From positions 1 to 35,294 of the forward strand of contig JBGCEA010000189.1 in the NCBI GenBank assembly GCA_045105915.1: 35,294 nucleotides of DNA, given 5' to 3'. Shown one piece after another: positions 1 to 9,202 of the stretch. Source of the stretch: Nitratireductor sp. GTDB lineage: Bacteria; Pseudomonadota; Alphaproteobacteria; Rhizobiales; Rhizobiaceae. The first letter of the stretch is position 1. The number at the start of each line of letters is the position of its first letter. Both the position numbers and the translations under genes were made by a program. The notes beneath the pieces were generated by a model. That model saw only the letters and a list, made by a program, of their open reading frames with translations. It searched no databases and had not been told where the DNA came from.

Positions 1-72
1 ATACCCCAAACTGCAAACGATCTTATGGATGGTAAAATTCAGGGTCGTATTGCTGTTGATATGGCTCTTTAA
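1..72 (+). CDS. C-terminal fragment of an MDR-family oxidoreductase (AcuI/YhdH acryloyl-CoA reductase-like), truncated by window start
   Basis: Frame 1 reads IPQTANDLMDGKIQGRIAVDMAL*, matching the 'l..G.v.GR.vV' C-terminus of YhdH/AcuI-type proteins; only 23 codons visible. Confidence 0.55.
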   Translation: MPQTANDLMDGKIQGRIAVDMAL

Positions 73-176
73 TTTCGATCACAATTGTTTGTTTTGCATG
101 ATTAAAACGAACTAACTATAGCGATAGCGTTATCAATAAAAAAGCAATTTGTATAATTGCTTGAAAAGGGAAATAA

Positions 177-1397
177 ATGTTTTCGAGAAAACTATTGGCA
201 GCAATAGCTACCCTGCCTTTAATGACAAATGTCAGCTTAGCTGCTGATCCTTCTAATTGGGATTCAGTTAAAGCAGAAGCAAAAGGGCAAACTGTATTTT
301 TTAATGCTTGGGGCGGCTCAAGCAACATTAACGCTTATATTGCATGGGCTGGCGATATTGTTTTGGAACGCTATGGCGTAACTGTTCAACATGTTAAGCT
401 TAAAGATACGGCAGATGCTGTGAACGCTGTTGTAAACGAAAAAGCTGCTGGCAAAAATGACAGCGGAAAAATTGATTTAATCTGGATCAATGGTGAAAAC
501 TTTGTTTCTATGAAAAATCAAAATTTGTTGTTTGCGCCAGACTGGACAACAAAGCTGCCAAATTACAAATTTGTAGATTATGAAAACCAATCTACGATTA
601 CGGTTGATTTTACTGAGCCAACGGATGGCTTAGAAAGCCCTTGGGGCGGCGCTAAAATGGTGTTCTTCCACGATTCTGCAAACACTAAAAAAGCAGACTT
701 ACCGCTTTCTTTTTCTCAGTTGGTTGAGTGGACAGTCAAAAACCCTGGCAGATTTACATACCCTGCACCACCAGATTTCATTGGTTCTTCTTTCTTAAAG
801 CAAGCTTTGAGCGAAACAGTGGTTGATCCTGCAATATTGCTAAAGCCTGTTGTAGAAGCCGATTTTGAAAAAAATGTTGAGCCGCTATTTGCTGCGCTAG
901 ACAAAATGCACCCAAATCTTTGGCGCAATGGTCGTGCTTATCCTAAAAACCTGCCAGCTATGAACCAGCTTATGGCAGATAATGAGGTTGATATTTCTTT
1001 TGCCTTTAACCCAAGTGCAGGCAGTGCCAACATTAAAAAGAAAGAATGGCCAAACACAATTCGTTCTTTCACGTTTCCAAAAGGCACATTGGGCAACACC
1101 CACTTTGTTGCAATTCCTTACAACTCAACTGCTAAAGCTGGCGCGTTGATTTTTGCGAATTTCTTGATCTCGCCAGAGGCGCAACTTACAAAACAAAATC
1201 CTGAGTTTTGGGGTGATCCAACTGTGTTGAACATGTCAAAATTGTCTGCAGAAGATCAAGCGGCATTTGCTTCTATCGATCTTGGTGAAGCTACACTTAA
1301 ACCAAGTGAGCTTGGCCCTAAACTGCCGGAGCCACATGCAAGCTGGATGACAAATCTAGAAAAACTATGGGCAAAGCGCTACGGTGTTGCTAACTAG
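177..1397 (+). CDS. ynjB: ABC transporter periplasmic substrate-binding protein, YnjB family
   Basis: Signal peptide; motifs GQTVFFNAWGGS, IDLIWINGENF, PGRFTYPAPPDFIG, GNTHFVAIPYN typical of YnjB. Confidence 0.85.
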   Translation: MFSRKLLAAIATLPLMTNVSLAADPSNWDSVKAEAKGQTVFFNAWGGSSNINAYIAWAGDIVLERYGVTVQHVKLKDTADAVNAVVNEKAAGKNDSGKIDLIWINGENFVSMKNQNLLFAPDWTTKLPNYKFVDYENQSTITVDFTEPTDGLESPWGGAKMVFFHDSANTKKADLPLSFSQLVEWTVKNPGRFTYPAPPDFIGSSFLKQALSETVVDPAILLKPVVEADFEKNVEPLFAALDKMHPNLWRNGRAYPKNLPAMNQLMADNEVDISFAFNPSAGSANIKKKEWPNTIRSFTFPKGTLGNTHFVAIPYNSTAKAGALIFANFLISPEAQLTKQNPEFWGDPTVLNMSKLSAEDQAAFASIDLGEATLKPSELGPKLPEPHASWMTNLEKLWAKRYGVAN

Positions 1398-1432
1398 TTT
1401 AGACTAGAAACAATTTTGGAAAGGGCAAAAGT

Positions 1433-3118
1433 ATGCTGCTAAGAATGGCGCCAACTTTTGCCCTTTTTATTTTAGTAGGGCCAATTTTGTTTGGTCTATG
1501 GGGAACTATAGAGCCTGCCTTTGGGCATTTTCCTGCACTTGGTGCAAATGATTTCTCGCTAGAGCCTTTTCATAAACTTTTTGAAAGACCAGGGCTTGGC
1601 ACTTCTATTCTCTTAAGTCTTTGGACAGGTGTTGGCACAACGCTCATTGCTTTATCGGTTGTGGCCCTGTTTGTGGCTGGCTGGTCTAATACAAAATGGT
1701 TCACCACCATTCAGCATCTTGTTTCGCCGCTTTTATCTGTGCCTCATGCGGCGGCGGCATTTGGTCTTGCGTTTCTTATTTCTCCCTCTGGTTGGCTCTT
1801 TCGTCTCGTCTCGCCAGAACTGACCGGCATAACTCGCCCACCTAATCTGCTCATATTAAACGATCCTTATGCGCTCTCTATGATGGCTGGTTTGATAATA
1901 AAAGAAATTCCATTTTTGCTGCTTATTGTTTTGTCTGCTTTGCCACAAACCAATGCAAGGCGCGTTTCGCAAGTTGCAGTTTCGCTTGGCTATGGGCGTG
2001 TATTTGGATTTTTATTCACCGTATGGCCAAGCATTTATAAGCAAATTCGATTGGCCGTATTTGCTGTTATTGCTTATGCGTCTTCGGTGGTAGATGTTGC
2101 CATTATTTTGGGCCCAACAAATCCAGCGCCGCTTTCACCGCGCATTGTAAGCTGGATAAGTGATCCAGATTTATTAGTGCGGTTTGAAGCTTCTGCTGGC
2201 GCGCTTTTGCAATTAGGCGTTACTATTTTAGCGCTGCTTATGTGGTGGCTTATAGAAAAACTTAGCGGCGCAGTTATGCGACGCTTAGCAATGCATGGTG
2301 CTCGATATCAAAAAGATATTATTTTACGCGTCACTGGCTTGAGTGTCATTGTTACAGCAGCAATTGCCATCTTCATGGGTTTGTTCATTTTGGGCATTTG
2401 GTCTATTGCTGGCTTTTGGTCTTTTCCAAATGCCCTGCCTTCTGACTTTAGCTTAGACACGTGGCGCCAATCTTGGTTTGGCCTACAAACGCCGTTTTTA
2501 TATACAATTGGTGTTGGTGTGTTTTCTACGCTGGCGGCAATTATTATTACACTTGCTTGCCTAGAGCGAGAGGCAAGAACTGGCAATACGGGTGGCTCTA
2601 GAGCATTGTTGTTTTTATATCTACCGCTCATTGTGCCACAAGTTGGCTTTGTGTTTGGGATTCAAAATTTCTTCTTAAATTTTGATTTAGATGGCCGGTT
2701 TGCCTCACTCATTTTTGTGCATCTTATATTTGTACTGCCTTATGTTTTCTTATCGCTATCAGACCCATGGCGCGCATGGGACACGCGTTTTTCATATGCT
2801 GGGTTAAGCCTTGGTGCATCGCCCAATGCTGTATTTTGGAAGATTAGATTTCCTATGTTGCTTCGCGCAATTTTCGTGGCTTGTGCTGTTGGCTTTGCGG
2901 TTTCTATTGGGCAATATTTAACAACTTTATTAATTGGCGCTGGGCGCATTCCCACCATTACAACCGAAGCCGTGGCACTTGCCTCTGGTGGTGATAGACG
3001 CGTTATAGGCGTATATGCATTTATACAAATGTTATTGCCATTTTTAGGCTTTGCGTTGGCTGCTATAATTCCTGCTACATTATTCAAGAACAAACGTGAT
3101 ATGCGAGCAACATCATGA
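1433..3118 (+). CDS. ynjC: ABC transporter permease with duplicated membrane domain, YnjC family
   Basis: 561 aa, hydrophobic; PLLSVPHAAAAFG, SVVDVAIILGPTNP, GAGRIPTITTEAVALASGGDR; lies between binding protein and ATPase. Confidence 0.85.
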   Translation: MLLRMAPTFALFILVGPILFGLWGTIEPAFGHFPALGANDFSLEPFHKLFERPGLGTSILLSLWTGVGTTLIALSVVALFVAGWSNTKWFTTIQHLVSPLLSVPHAAAAFGLAFLISPSGWLFRLVSPELTGITRPPNLLILNDPYALSMMAGLIIKEIPFLLLIVLSALPQTNARRVSQVAVSLGYGRVFGFLFTVWPSIYKQIRLAVFAVIAYASSVVDVAIILGPTNPAPLSPRIVSWISDPDLLVRFEASAGALLQLGVTILALLMWWLIEKLSGAVMRRLAMHGARYQKDIILRVTGLSVIVTAAIAIFMGLFILGIWSIAGFWSFPNALPSDFSLDTWRQSWFGLQTPFLYTIGVGVFSTLAAIIITLACLEREARTGNTGGSRALLFLYLPLIVPQVGFVFGIQNFFLNFDLDGRFASLIFVHLIFVLPYVFLSLSDPWRAWDTRFSYAGLSLGASPNAVFWKIRFPMLLRAIFVACAVGFAVSIGQYLTTLLIGAGRIPTITTEAVALASGGDRRVIGVYAFIQMLLPFLGFALAAIIPATLFKNKRDMRATS

Positions 3119-3777
3119 GCACACAAAAACAAACATCAAACAGCGCTGCTTGCCTGCATTTAAACAATGTCTGTATTGGCCTAAATGGTGAAACACTTTT
3201 GGAAGTGAATGAAAAAATAAACCCTGGTGAAGTGCTCACTATTATGGGGCCTTCTGGTTCTGGCAAATCTACTTTGTTGGCTTTTATTGCTGGGTTTTTA
3301 GACACCATCTTTAAGGTAGAAGGTAGCGTTCATCTGCACGACCAAATCATTACGCAACTAGAACCTCAAACCAGAAATATTGGCTTATTGTTTCAAGACC
3401 CTATGTTGTTTCCACATATGAGTGTGGGTCAAAATTTAAACTTTGCTATTAAGCCAGAAGCTGGCGCAACCAAGCTTGAGCGAAAAGCACTCGTGGAAGA
3501 AGCGCTCAATGTTGCTGGGCTAGAAAACTATTATGATCGCGATCCTGCTACATTGTCTGGCGGGCAAAAGTCTCGCGTGGCGCTTATGCGTGTGCTTTTA
3601 TCCAACCCTAATGCGCTTTTATTAGACGAGCCTTTTTCTAAATTGGATGCAAGTTTGCGCACGCAAATTCGTAAATTTGTATTTAGCGAGGCTAAACTTC
3701 GTAAGCTGCCTATTTTAATGGTGACGCATGATGAAGAAGACGCGAAAGCCGCGCAAGGCAAGGTGATTGTGCTCTAG
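3115..3777 (+). CDS. ynjD: ABC transporter ATP-binding protein, YnjD-like
   Basis: Walker A GPSGSGKST, LSGGQ, LLLDEPF, VTHD; ATGA overlap with permease stop. Confidence 0.85.
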   Translation: MSTQKQTSNSAACLHLNNVCIGLNGETLLEVNEKINPGEVLTIMGPSGSGKSTLLAFIAGFLDTIFKVEGSVHLHDQIITQLEPQTRNIGLLFQDPMLFPHMSVGQNLNFAIKPEAGATKLERKALVEEALNVAGLENYYDRDPATLSGGQKSRVALMRVLLSNPNALLLDEPFSKLDASLRTQIRKFVFSEAKLRKLPILMVTHDEEDAKAAQGKVIVL

Positions 3778-3829
3778 AGCGATACATGGCAAAAACAATT
3801 TTTGAGTTTATTGCCAACGGTTTGATATA

Positions 3830-6310
3830 TTGAACATACCTAACCTTTCTACACTACCCATTGATGCATGCTTGGCAGAGCTGAAAGCCGCTTTGCAAGA
3901 AAGCAATTCGGCTATTTTAGTTGCGCCTCCTGGTGCTGGTAAAACAACACGTGTGCCGCTGGCACTGCTAAATGAAAAATGGTTAGAAAATAAAAAAATC
4001 ATCATGCTTGAGCCACGCAGAATTGCCGCGCGCTCTGCAGCCAATTTTATGGCATCTTTACTTGGAGAAAAAGCTGGCCAAACAATTGGCTATCGTGTTC
4101 GCATGGACACTAAAGTCTCTAGCACTACAAAAATAGAAGTGGTGACAGAGGGCGTTTATACGCGCATGGTTTTAGATGATCCTGAGCTCAAAAACATTGG
4201 CGCTGTATTGTTTGATGAATATCATGAACGCAGCCTAGAGGCCGATTTGGGTTTGGCATTAACACTAGATGTTCAAAGCGCGCTAAGGCCAGATCTTCGA
4301 ATTTTACCCATGTCTGCAACGCTCGATGGCGCTAGGGTTGCAGATTTATTTGAAGATGCAAAGCTGATTAAAAGTGAAGGCCGCGCCTATGACATCGTCA
4401 TAAAACATGAGAACAAAATGCCAGATGAACATGTGGTAGATGCTATGGCGCGTGCAATTGTGAAAGCGCATAGTAGCGAGCATGGCTCTATTTTGTGTTT
4501 TTTACCCGGCATGGGCGAAATAAAACGCCTACATGACAAAATGCAAAATAAGCTGCCTGCCACCACACATATTGTACCACTGCATGGTTCGCTAAACCCA
4601 CGTGATCAAGACAAAGCAATACAGCCTGCAAATGCTGGAGAGCGAAAAGTTGTGTTGGCAACGACTATCGCGCAAACCTCTATAACCATAGAAGATGTGC
4701 GTGTTGTAATTGATAGTGGCTTGGTGCGTGTGCCTGTGTATGAGCCAAACATTGGCATTACTCGCTTGGAAACACACCGCGCGGCAAAGGCATCTATCGA
4801 TCAGCGCGCAGGACGCGCCGGCAGAACCCAAGAAGGTGTTGTATATAGGCTGTGGCATGAAGGCCAAACAAATGCTTTGCCAGCTTATGAGCAACCAGAA
4901 ATATTGTCGGCAGATTTGTCTTCTCTTGTACTTGATTTAGCCGAATGGGGTGTGAGTGATCCTAGCACTTTAAACTGGCTTAATGAGCCACCAAAAGCCG
5001 CATGGCATGAAGCCGTAAAAACGTTGAACCAATTAGGCGCATTAAATGAGAGCGGCGCAATTACCCCAAAAGGCTCTAAAATAAGATCTATCGCGCTGCC
5101 CTCTCGTTTAGCCAATATGGTTTTGCATGCAGGCGAAAAATTTGACCAAGCAAAAGAAGCCGCGCTTTTAGCCATGCTGTTAAGTGAGCGTGGACTTGGT
5201 GGGCAGTCAAAAGATTTGAATGTGCGGCTCAATAATTTAAAGCGCGATAAAAGTGCACGCGCTAAAAAGCATATTGATCTTGCGCATAATTTGGCAAAAT
5301 CTATTAAGCCCATGCCTCCAACAAACGCACTAAGCTGCGGTGCTCTTTTGTCGTTTGCATACCCAGATAGAATTGCAAAAAACATGGGCTCTGATGAACA
5401 TGGCCAAAGCTTATTTAGAATGGAAAATGGCAGGCGTGCAAAACTTGATGGACAAGATAGTTTTGCAAATTCAAAATTTATAACCATTGCAGAAGTGCAG
5501 GGCAAAGCGGCCTCTGCACATGTTTTTGCGGCGAGTGAAATTTTGAGAGAAGAAATAGACACGCTTTATAAGGATGACATTTTAAAGACTCGAAAAATTG
5601 AGTTTGATAAACAAAGCAAACAATTTAAGGCGCGAGAAACCCTCTGTTACAAGTCACTTGAACTTTCTTCGCAACCTAGCAAATTGCTCAGTGATGATAA
5701 CATTACAGCCGCGATGCTTGATGTAATCAAAAAAGACGGCTTGGGAATTTTGAATTTTGATAAAGCTGAAGCAGGTGCATATTTAAAAAGATTACAATTT
5801 TTGCACGCTCATATGCCAGGCACATTTGCGATGATAAACCATGAGATTTTGATTGAAAAACTAGATGATTGGCTAGCGCCATTTATCACCACACAAAAGA
5901 ACTTTGATCAGATTAAACCTCAAAATCTATTAGATGGTTTGCAACACCTAATAGGATATGAGCTTGCCCAGCAGGTTGAAAAGCTAGCACCAAAAATATA
6001 CAAATCTGAAATGGGTAGCAATATTGCGCTAGACTATGCCAGCGAGCATGTAACCCTTAGTGTGCGCGTGCAAGAACTGTTTGGACTAAACACCCACCCA
6101 ACCATTTTAAATGGTCAGTATAATTTGCAAGTTGAGTTATTATCGCCAGCACAAAGACCAATACAAAAAACAAATGACCTTGTTGGGTTTTGGGCAGGCA
6201 GTTGGAATGATGTAAAAAAGGAAATGAAGGGGCGTTATCCAAAACACATTTGGCCTGCTGACCCTGCAAATTCTAAACCTACATTGCGCGCAAAAGCGCG
6301 TAAAACATAA
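3830..6310 (+). CDS. hrpB: ATP-dependent RNA helicase HrpB
   Basis: APPGAGKTT, DEYHER, MSAT, QRAGRAGR, C-terminal LLSPAQRP...FW.GSW..VKKEMKGRYPKH.WP. Confidence 0.95.
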   Translation: MNIPNLSTLPIDACLAELKAALQESNSAILVAPPGAGKTTRVPLALLNEKWLENKKIIMLEPRRIAARSAANFMASLLGEKAGQTIGYRVRMDTKVSSTTKIEVVTEGVYTRMVLDDPELKNIGAVLFDEYHERSLEADLGLALTLDVQSALRPDLRILPMSATLDGARVADLFEDAKLIKSEGRAYDIVIKHENKMPDEHVVDAMARAIVKAHSSEHGSILCFLPGMGEIKRLHDKMQNKLPATTHIVPLHGSLNPRDQDKAIQPANAGERKVVLATTIAQTSITIEDVRVVIDSGLVRVPVYEPNIGITRLETHRAAKASIDQRAGRAGRTQEGVVYRLWHEGQTNALPAYEQPEILSADLSSLVLDLAEWGVSDPSTLNWLNEPPKAAWHEAVKTLNQLGALNESGAITPKGSKIRSIALPSRLANMVLHAGEKFDQAKEAALLAMLLSERGLGGQSKDLNVRLNNLKRDKSARAKKHIDLAHNLAKSIKPMPPTNALSCGALLSFAYPDRIAKNMGSDEHGQSLFRMENGRRAKLDGQDSFANSKFITIAEVQGKAASAHVFAASEILREEIDTLYKDDILKTRKIEFDKQSKQFKARETLCYKSLELSSQPSKLLSDDNITAAMLDVIKKDGLGILNFDKAEAGAYLKRLQFLHAHMPGTFAMINHEILIEKLDDWLAPFITTQKNFDQIKPQNLLDGLQHLIGYELAQQVEKLAPKIYKSEMGSNIALDYASEHVTLSVRVQELFGLNTHPTILNGQYNLQVELLSPAQRPIQKTNDLVGFWAGSWNDVKKEMKGRYPKHIWPADPANSKPTLRAKARKT

Positions 6311-6328
6311 ACAAAGTTTGGAAGTCAC

Positions 6329-7627
6329 TTGAAACAGCAATCTATTCACAGTCACAGTTTTGCATCTTTGCGCTTAGAAACTTTGGTGTTCATTCGTTGG
6401 CTTGCGGTTATTGGTCAAACAATTGCAGTCTTGTTGGTTTATTTTGTTTTAGAATTTCAGTTTGCAATTTTGCCGTGCCTTGCATTTATTGCTTTGTCAG
6501 CTGTGTTGAATATTTTTCTTCGTTATAAATTTCCAGCAAATGTGCGCTGGCAGGGTCTGCCCGTTTTACTGTTGCTTGGCTATGATATTTTGCAGCTCAC
6601 CTTGTTACTATATTTAACAGGCGGCATTCAAAATCCATTTGCGGCACTTTTGGTTGTGCCGGTTGTTATTTCTGCTGCTACGCAGCGCGCCCAAAACACC
6701 ACAGCTTTGTTTTGTTGGGCATTGGCTGCTGCTACCGCCCTTGTTTATTTTCATGAGCCACTACCTTGGTTTGAAGACGTGCCATTGGTGCACCCAATTC
6801 AGTTGAAGGTGGGCATATGGGCAGCGCTTGCCGCTATGATGGGTTTCACCTCTGTTTATACTTTTCGGGTGGCGGATGAATCTCGAAAGTTAGCTGATGC
6901 ATTATCTGCTACCGAATTGGTTTTGCAGCACGAGCAAGATGTTTCTAATCTTGATGGACTTTCTACTGCGGCAGCGCACGAGCTGGGCACGCCCCTTGCA
7001 ACAATATCGCTTGTTTCAAAAGAAATGCTGCGAGAAATTCCAAAGGATTCTGATCTTTATGAAGATGCCGCTTTACTGCGCTCGCAAGCAGAAAGGTGCA
7101 AAGAAATTTTGAAGAAAATTTCTTCTTTAAGTTCTGAAGCAGATGAGACGGTGTCTCTTATGTCGGTGGATCTATTGATTGAAGAAGTATGCGCACCGCA
7201 CAGAGATTTTGAAGTAGCGCTTAATATTGAAAGCGAAGGCACCAAGCCCCAACCAAAGCTCAAAAGAAATTCAGCCATTTTATATGGCCTTGGCAATATT
7301 GTAGAAAATGCCGTAGATTTTGCAAAGTCAGAGGTGAATTTTTCTGCCACATGGGACGATGAAAAACTTACCTTTATTGTAGAAGATGATGGAAAGGGAT
7401 TTTCGCCTGAGTTGCTTGCACGTATTGGCGAACCGTTTGTTACCACAAGAAGCGCAGCAAATAGAGAAACAGGTGGCGGGCTTGGCTTAGGTGTGTTCAT
7501 TGCCAAAACTCTCTTAGAGCGTAATGGCGCACAGATTGTTTTTTCTAATAAGAAAAAAGGCGCAAATAATGGTGCGCGTGTTACCATTGTTTGGCAAAGA
7601 GCGCAGTTTGAGCCAATTGGCGCATAG
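6329..7627 (+). CDS. regB: Redox-sensing histidine kinase RegB/ActS/PrrB
   Basis: N-terminal TM helices with GGIQNPF quinone-binding motif, H-box AAHELGTPL, redox Cys in AERCKEIL, G-boxes DDGKGF and GLGLG. Confidence 0.93.
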   Translation: MKQQSIHSHSFASLRLETLVFIRWLAVIGQTIAVLLVYFVLEFQFAILPCLAFIALSAVLNIFLRYKFPANVRWQGLPVLLLLGYDILQLTLLLYLTGGIQNPFAALLVVPVVISAATQRAQNTTALFCWALAAATALVYFHEPLPWFEDVPLVHPIQLKVGIWAALAAMMGFTSVYTFRVADESRKLADALSATELVLQHEQDVSNLDGLSTAAAHELGTPLATISLVSKEMLREIPKDSDLYEDAALLRSQAERCKEILKKISSLSSEADETVSLMSVDLLIEEVCAPHRDFEVALNIESEGTKPQPKLKRNSAILYGLGNIVENAVDFAKSEVNFSATWDDEKLTFIVEDDGKGFSPELLARIGEPFVTTRSAANRETGGGLGLGVFIAKTLLERNGAQIVFSNKKKGANNGARVTIVWQRAQFEPIGA

Positions 7628-7719
7628 TTTATGGTGTGACAGAATGGACTAATGGAAAAACTATTTTTTCCTGCTAAATTAAGTAAAGCAATAATGCTCT
7701 AAACCAACAGGTAAGAGAT

Positions 7720-8277
7720 ATGACAACTGATCAAGATAATCTTGCAGAACTTCAAAACAAAAGATTGTTGATTGTTGACGATGATCGTCCATTTTTGAAC
7801 AGGCTTGGCCGCGCAATGGAATCGCGTGGATTTGAAGTAGAGGTTGCAGAATCTGTTGCTGAGGGCATTCGTTTTTCTAAGGCGACACCGCCAGATTTTG
7901 CAGTTGTTGATATGCGCCTTGGCGATGGCAATGGTTTGGATGTTATTCAGGTTATAAAAAGCGTGAACCCAAATTGTAAGGCCATAATTTTAACTGGCTA
8001 TGGCAATATTGCGACTGCTGTTACTGCCGTAAAAATGGGTGCGATTGATTATCTTTCAAAGCCTGCTGATGCTGACGATGTGTTTGCTGCTTTGACCAGA
8101 GCAGATGATGAAAAAGCACCACCACCAGAAAACCCTATGTCTGCTGATCGTGTTAGATGGGAACATATTTTGCGTGTTTATGAGCTATGTGATCGCAATG
8201 TTTCTGAAACGGCACGTCGCCTAAATATGCACCGCAGAACCTTGCAACGCATATTGGCCAAACGCGCACCTAGATAA
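7720..8277 (+). CDS. regA: Response regulator RegA/ActR/PrrA
   Basis: Receiver domain, PPPENPMSADRVRWEHI linker, Fis-type HTH NVSETARRLNMHRRTLQRILAKRAPR. Confidence 0.96.
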   Translation: MTTDQDNLAELQNKRLLIVDDDRPFLNRLGRAMESRGFEVEVAESVAEGIRFSKATPPDFAVVDMRLGDGNGLDVIQVIKSVNPNCKAIILTGYGNIATAVTAVKMGAIDYLSKPADADDVFAALTRADDEKAPPPENPMSADRVRWEHILRVYELCDRNVSETARRLNMHRRTLQRILAKRAPR

Positions 8278-8453
8278 TTGACCACACATTGAGTGTGCGC
8301 TACTTACCTAACGTCAAAAATGTGCCAATATTGCAACACGTCTTCAAATCACCGTGAGAATTCAGTTTATATCTTGCGAAAATATTATTGCAGGCGTACC
8401 ACCTGAATTGAAGATTTAAATAGCAAATTAGATTTCATCTCTTAGGTACAAAC

Positions 8454-9128
8454 ATGAATCGCAGAACAAGTTTATTATTAATGGGCTCAGCCACATTGGC
8501 ACTAATTTCTGGCTGTTCTGCCAGCATGCTTGAAGGCGAGCAACCAGATTCTATTCGTTTTCAGACTAAGGGCATAGATGAGTTTGTTAAAGACTATAAC
8601 AAGCGAGAAGACCAAGGTTTTAAACTTCCAAAAATTCCAGTCAAAAAAATTGATGACAAATTTTTGCGACAGCGCGTTGCTTATTCAACCAGAGAAAGAC
8701 CTGGCACTATAATTGTCGATGTTAAAAATCGTTTTTTATATTTAGTTGAGCCTGACAGAACAGCATTGCGCTATGGCGTTAGTGTTGGCAAGGCTGGCTT
8801 TGCTTGGGAAGGCGAGGCTAATGTTGGTTGGAAACGTGCTTGGCCAACTTGGACACCGCCTGAAGAAATGATTGAGCGCAAGCCTTCTTTAAAAAGATAT
8901 AGCGCTGAAAATGGCGGCATGGAACCGGGCTTGAAAAACCCACTTGGTGCACGTGCATTGTATATTTTTCAAGATGGCCAAGACACACTATACAGATTGC
9001 ATGGAACCCCTGAATGGTCTTCAATTGGTAAGGCGGCATCTTCTGGCTGCATTAGGCTTATCAACCAAGACATCATAGATCTTTACGATCGTGTTAAGGG
9101 GCGCCCTAAAGTTATTGTAAAACAATAA
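8454..9128 (+). CDS. L,D-transpeptidase (YkuD/ErfK family), probable lipoprotein
   Basis: Lipobox ISGC after RR-containing signal; NPLGARALY and catalytic RLHGT...ASSGCIRL. Confidence 0.92.
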   Translation: MNRRTSLLLMGSATLALISGCSASMLEGEQPDSIRFQTKGIDEFVKDYNKREDQGFKLPKIPVKKIDDKFLRQRVAYSTRERPGTIIVDVKNRFLYLVEPDRTALRYGVSVGKAGFAWEGEANVGWKRAWPTWTPPEEMIERKPSLKRYSAENGGMEPGLKNPLGARALYIFQDGQDTLYRLHGTPEWSSIGKAASSGCIRLINQDIIDLYDRVKGRPKVIVKQ

Positions 9129-9146
9129 GCTTCGCACCGTTCAAAT

Positions 9147-9176
9147 AAAAAACCGCCAAATGACTGACGGTTTTTT
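9147..9176. terminator. Bidirectional intrinsic terminator between converging L,D-transpeptidase and glcB
   Basis: AAAAAACCGCCA-AATGAC-TGACGGTTTTTT; stem with A/T tracts on both sides (the mismatch is a G-U pair on the minus strand). Confidence 0.8.
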
Positions 9177-9202
9177 GTTTTAGCAACTCTCAAAGCGCTT
9201 AA

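Noticed and set aside
4885-5562. Long antisense ORFs (225 aa here; also 7057-7587, 9933-10508, 21644-22096, 24448-24975, 33415-33894, 34716-35279)
   Set aside because: All are shadows of well-conserved genes on the other strand with no recognisable motifs; the last is antisense to recF.
8321-8338. TGTGCCAATATTGCAACA as a RegA/PrrA site upstream of the L,D-transpeptidase
   Set aside because: Only loosely resembles the GC-rich degenerate RegA box; cannot be supported without a PWM or conservation data.
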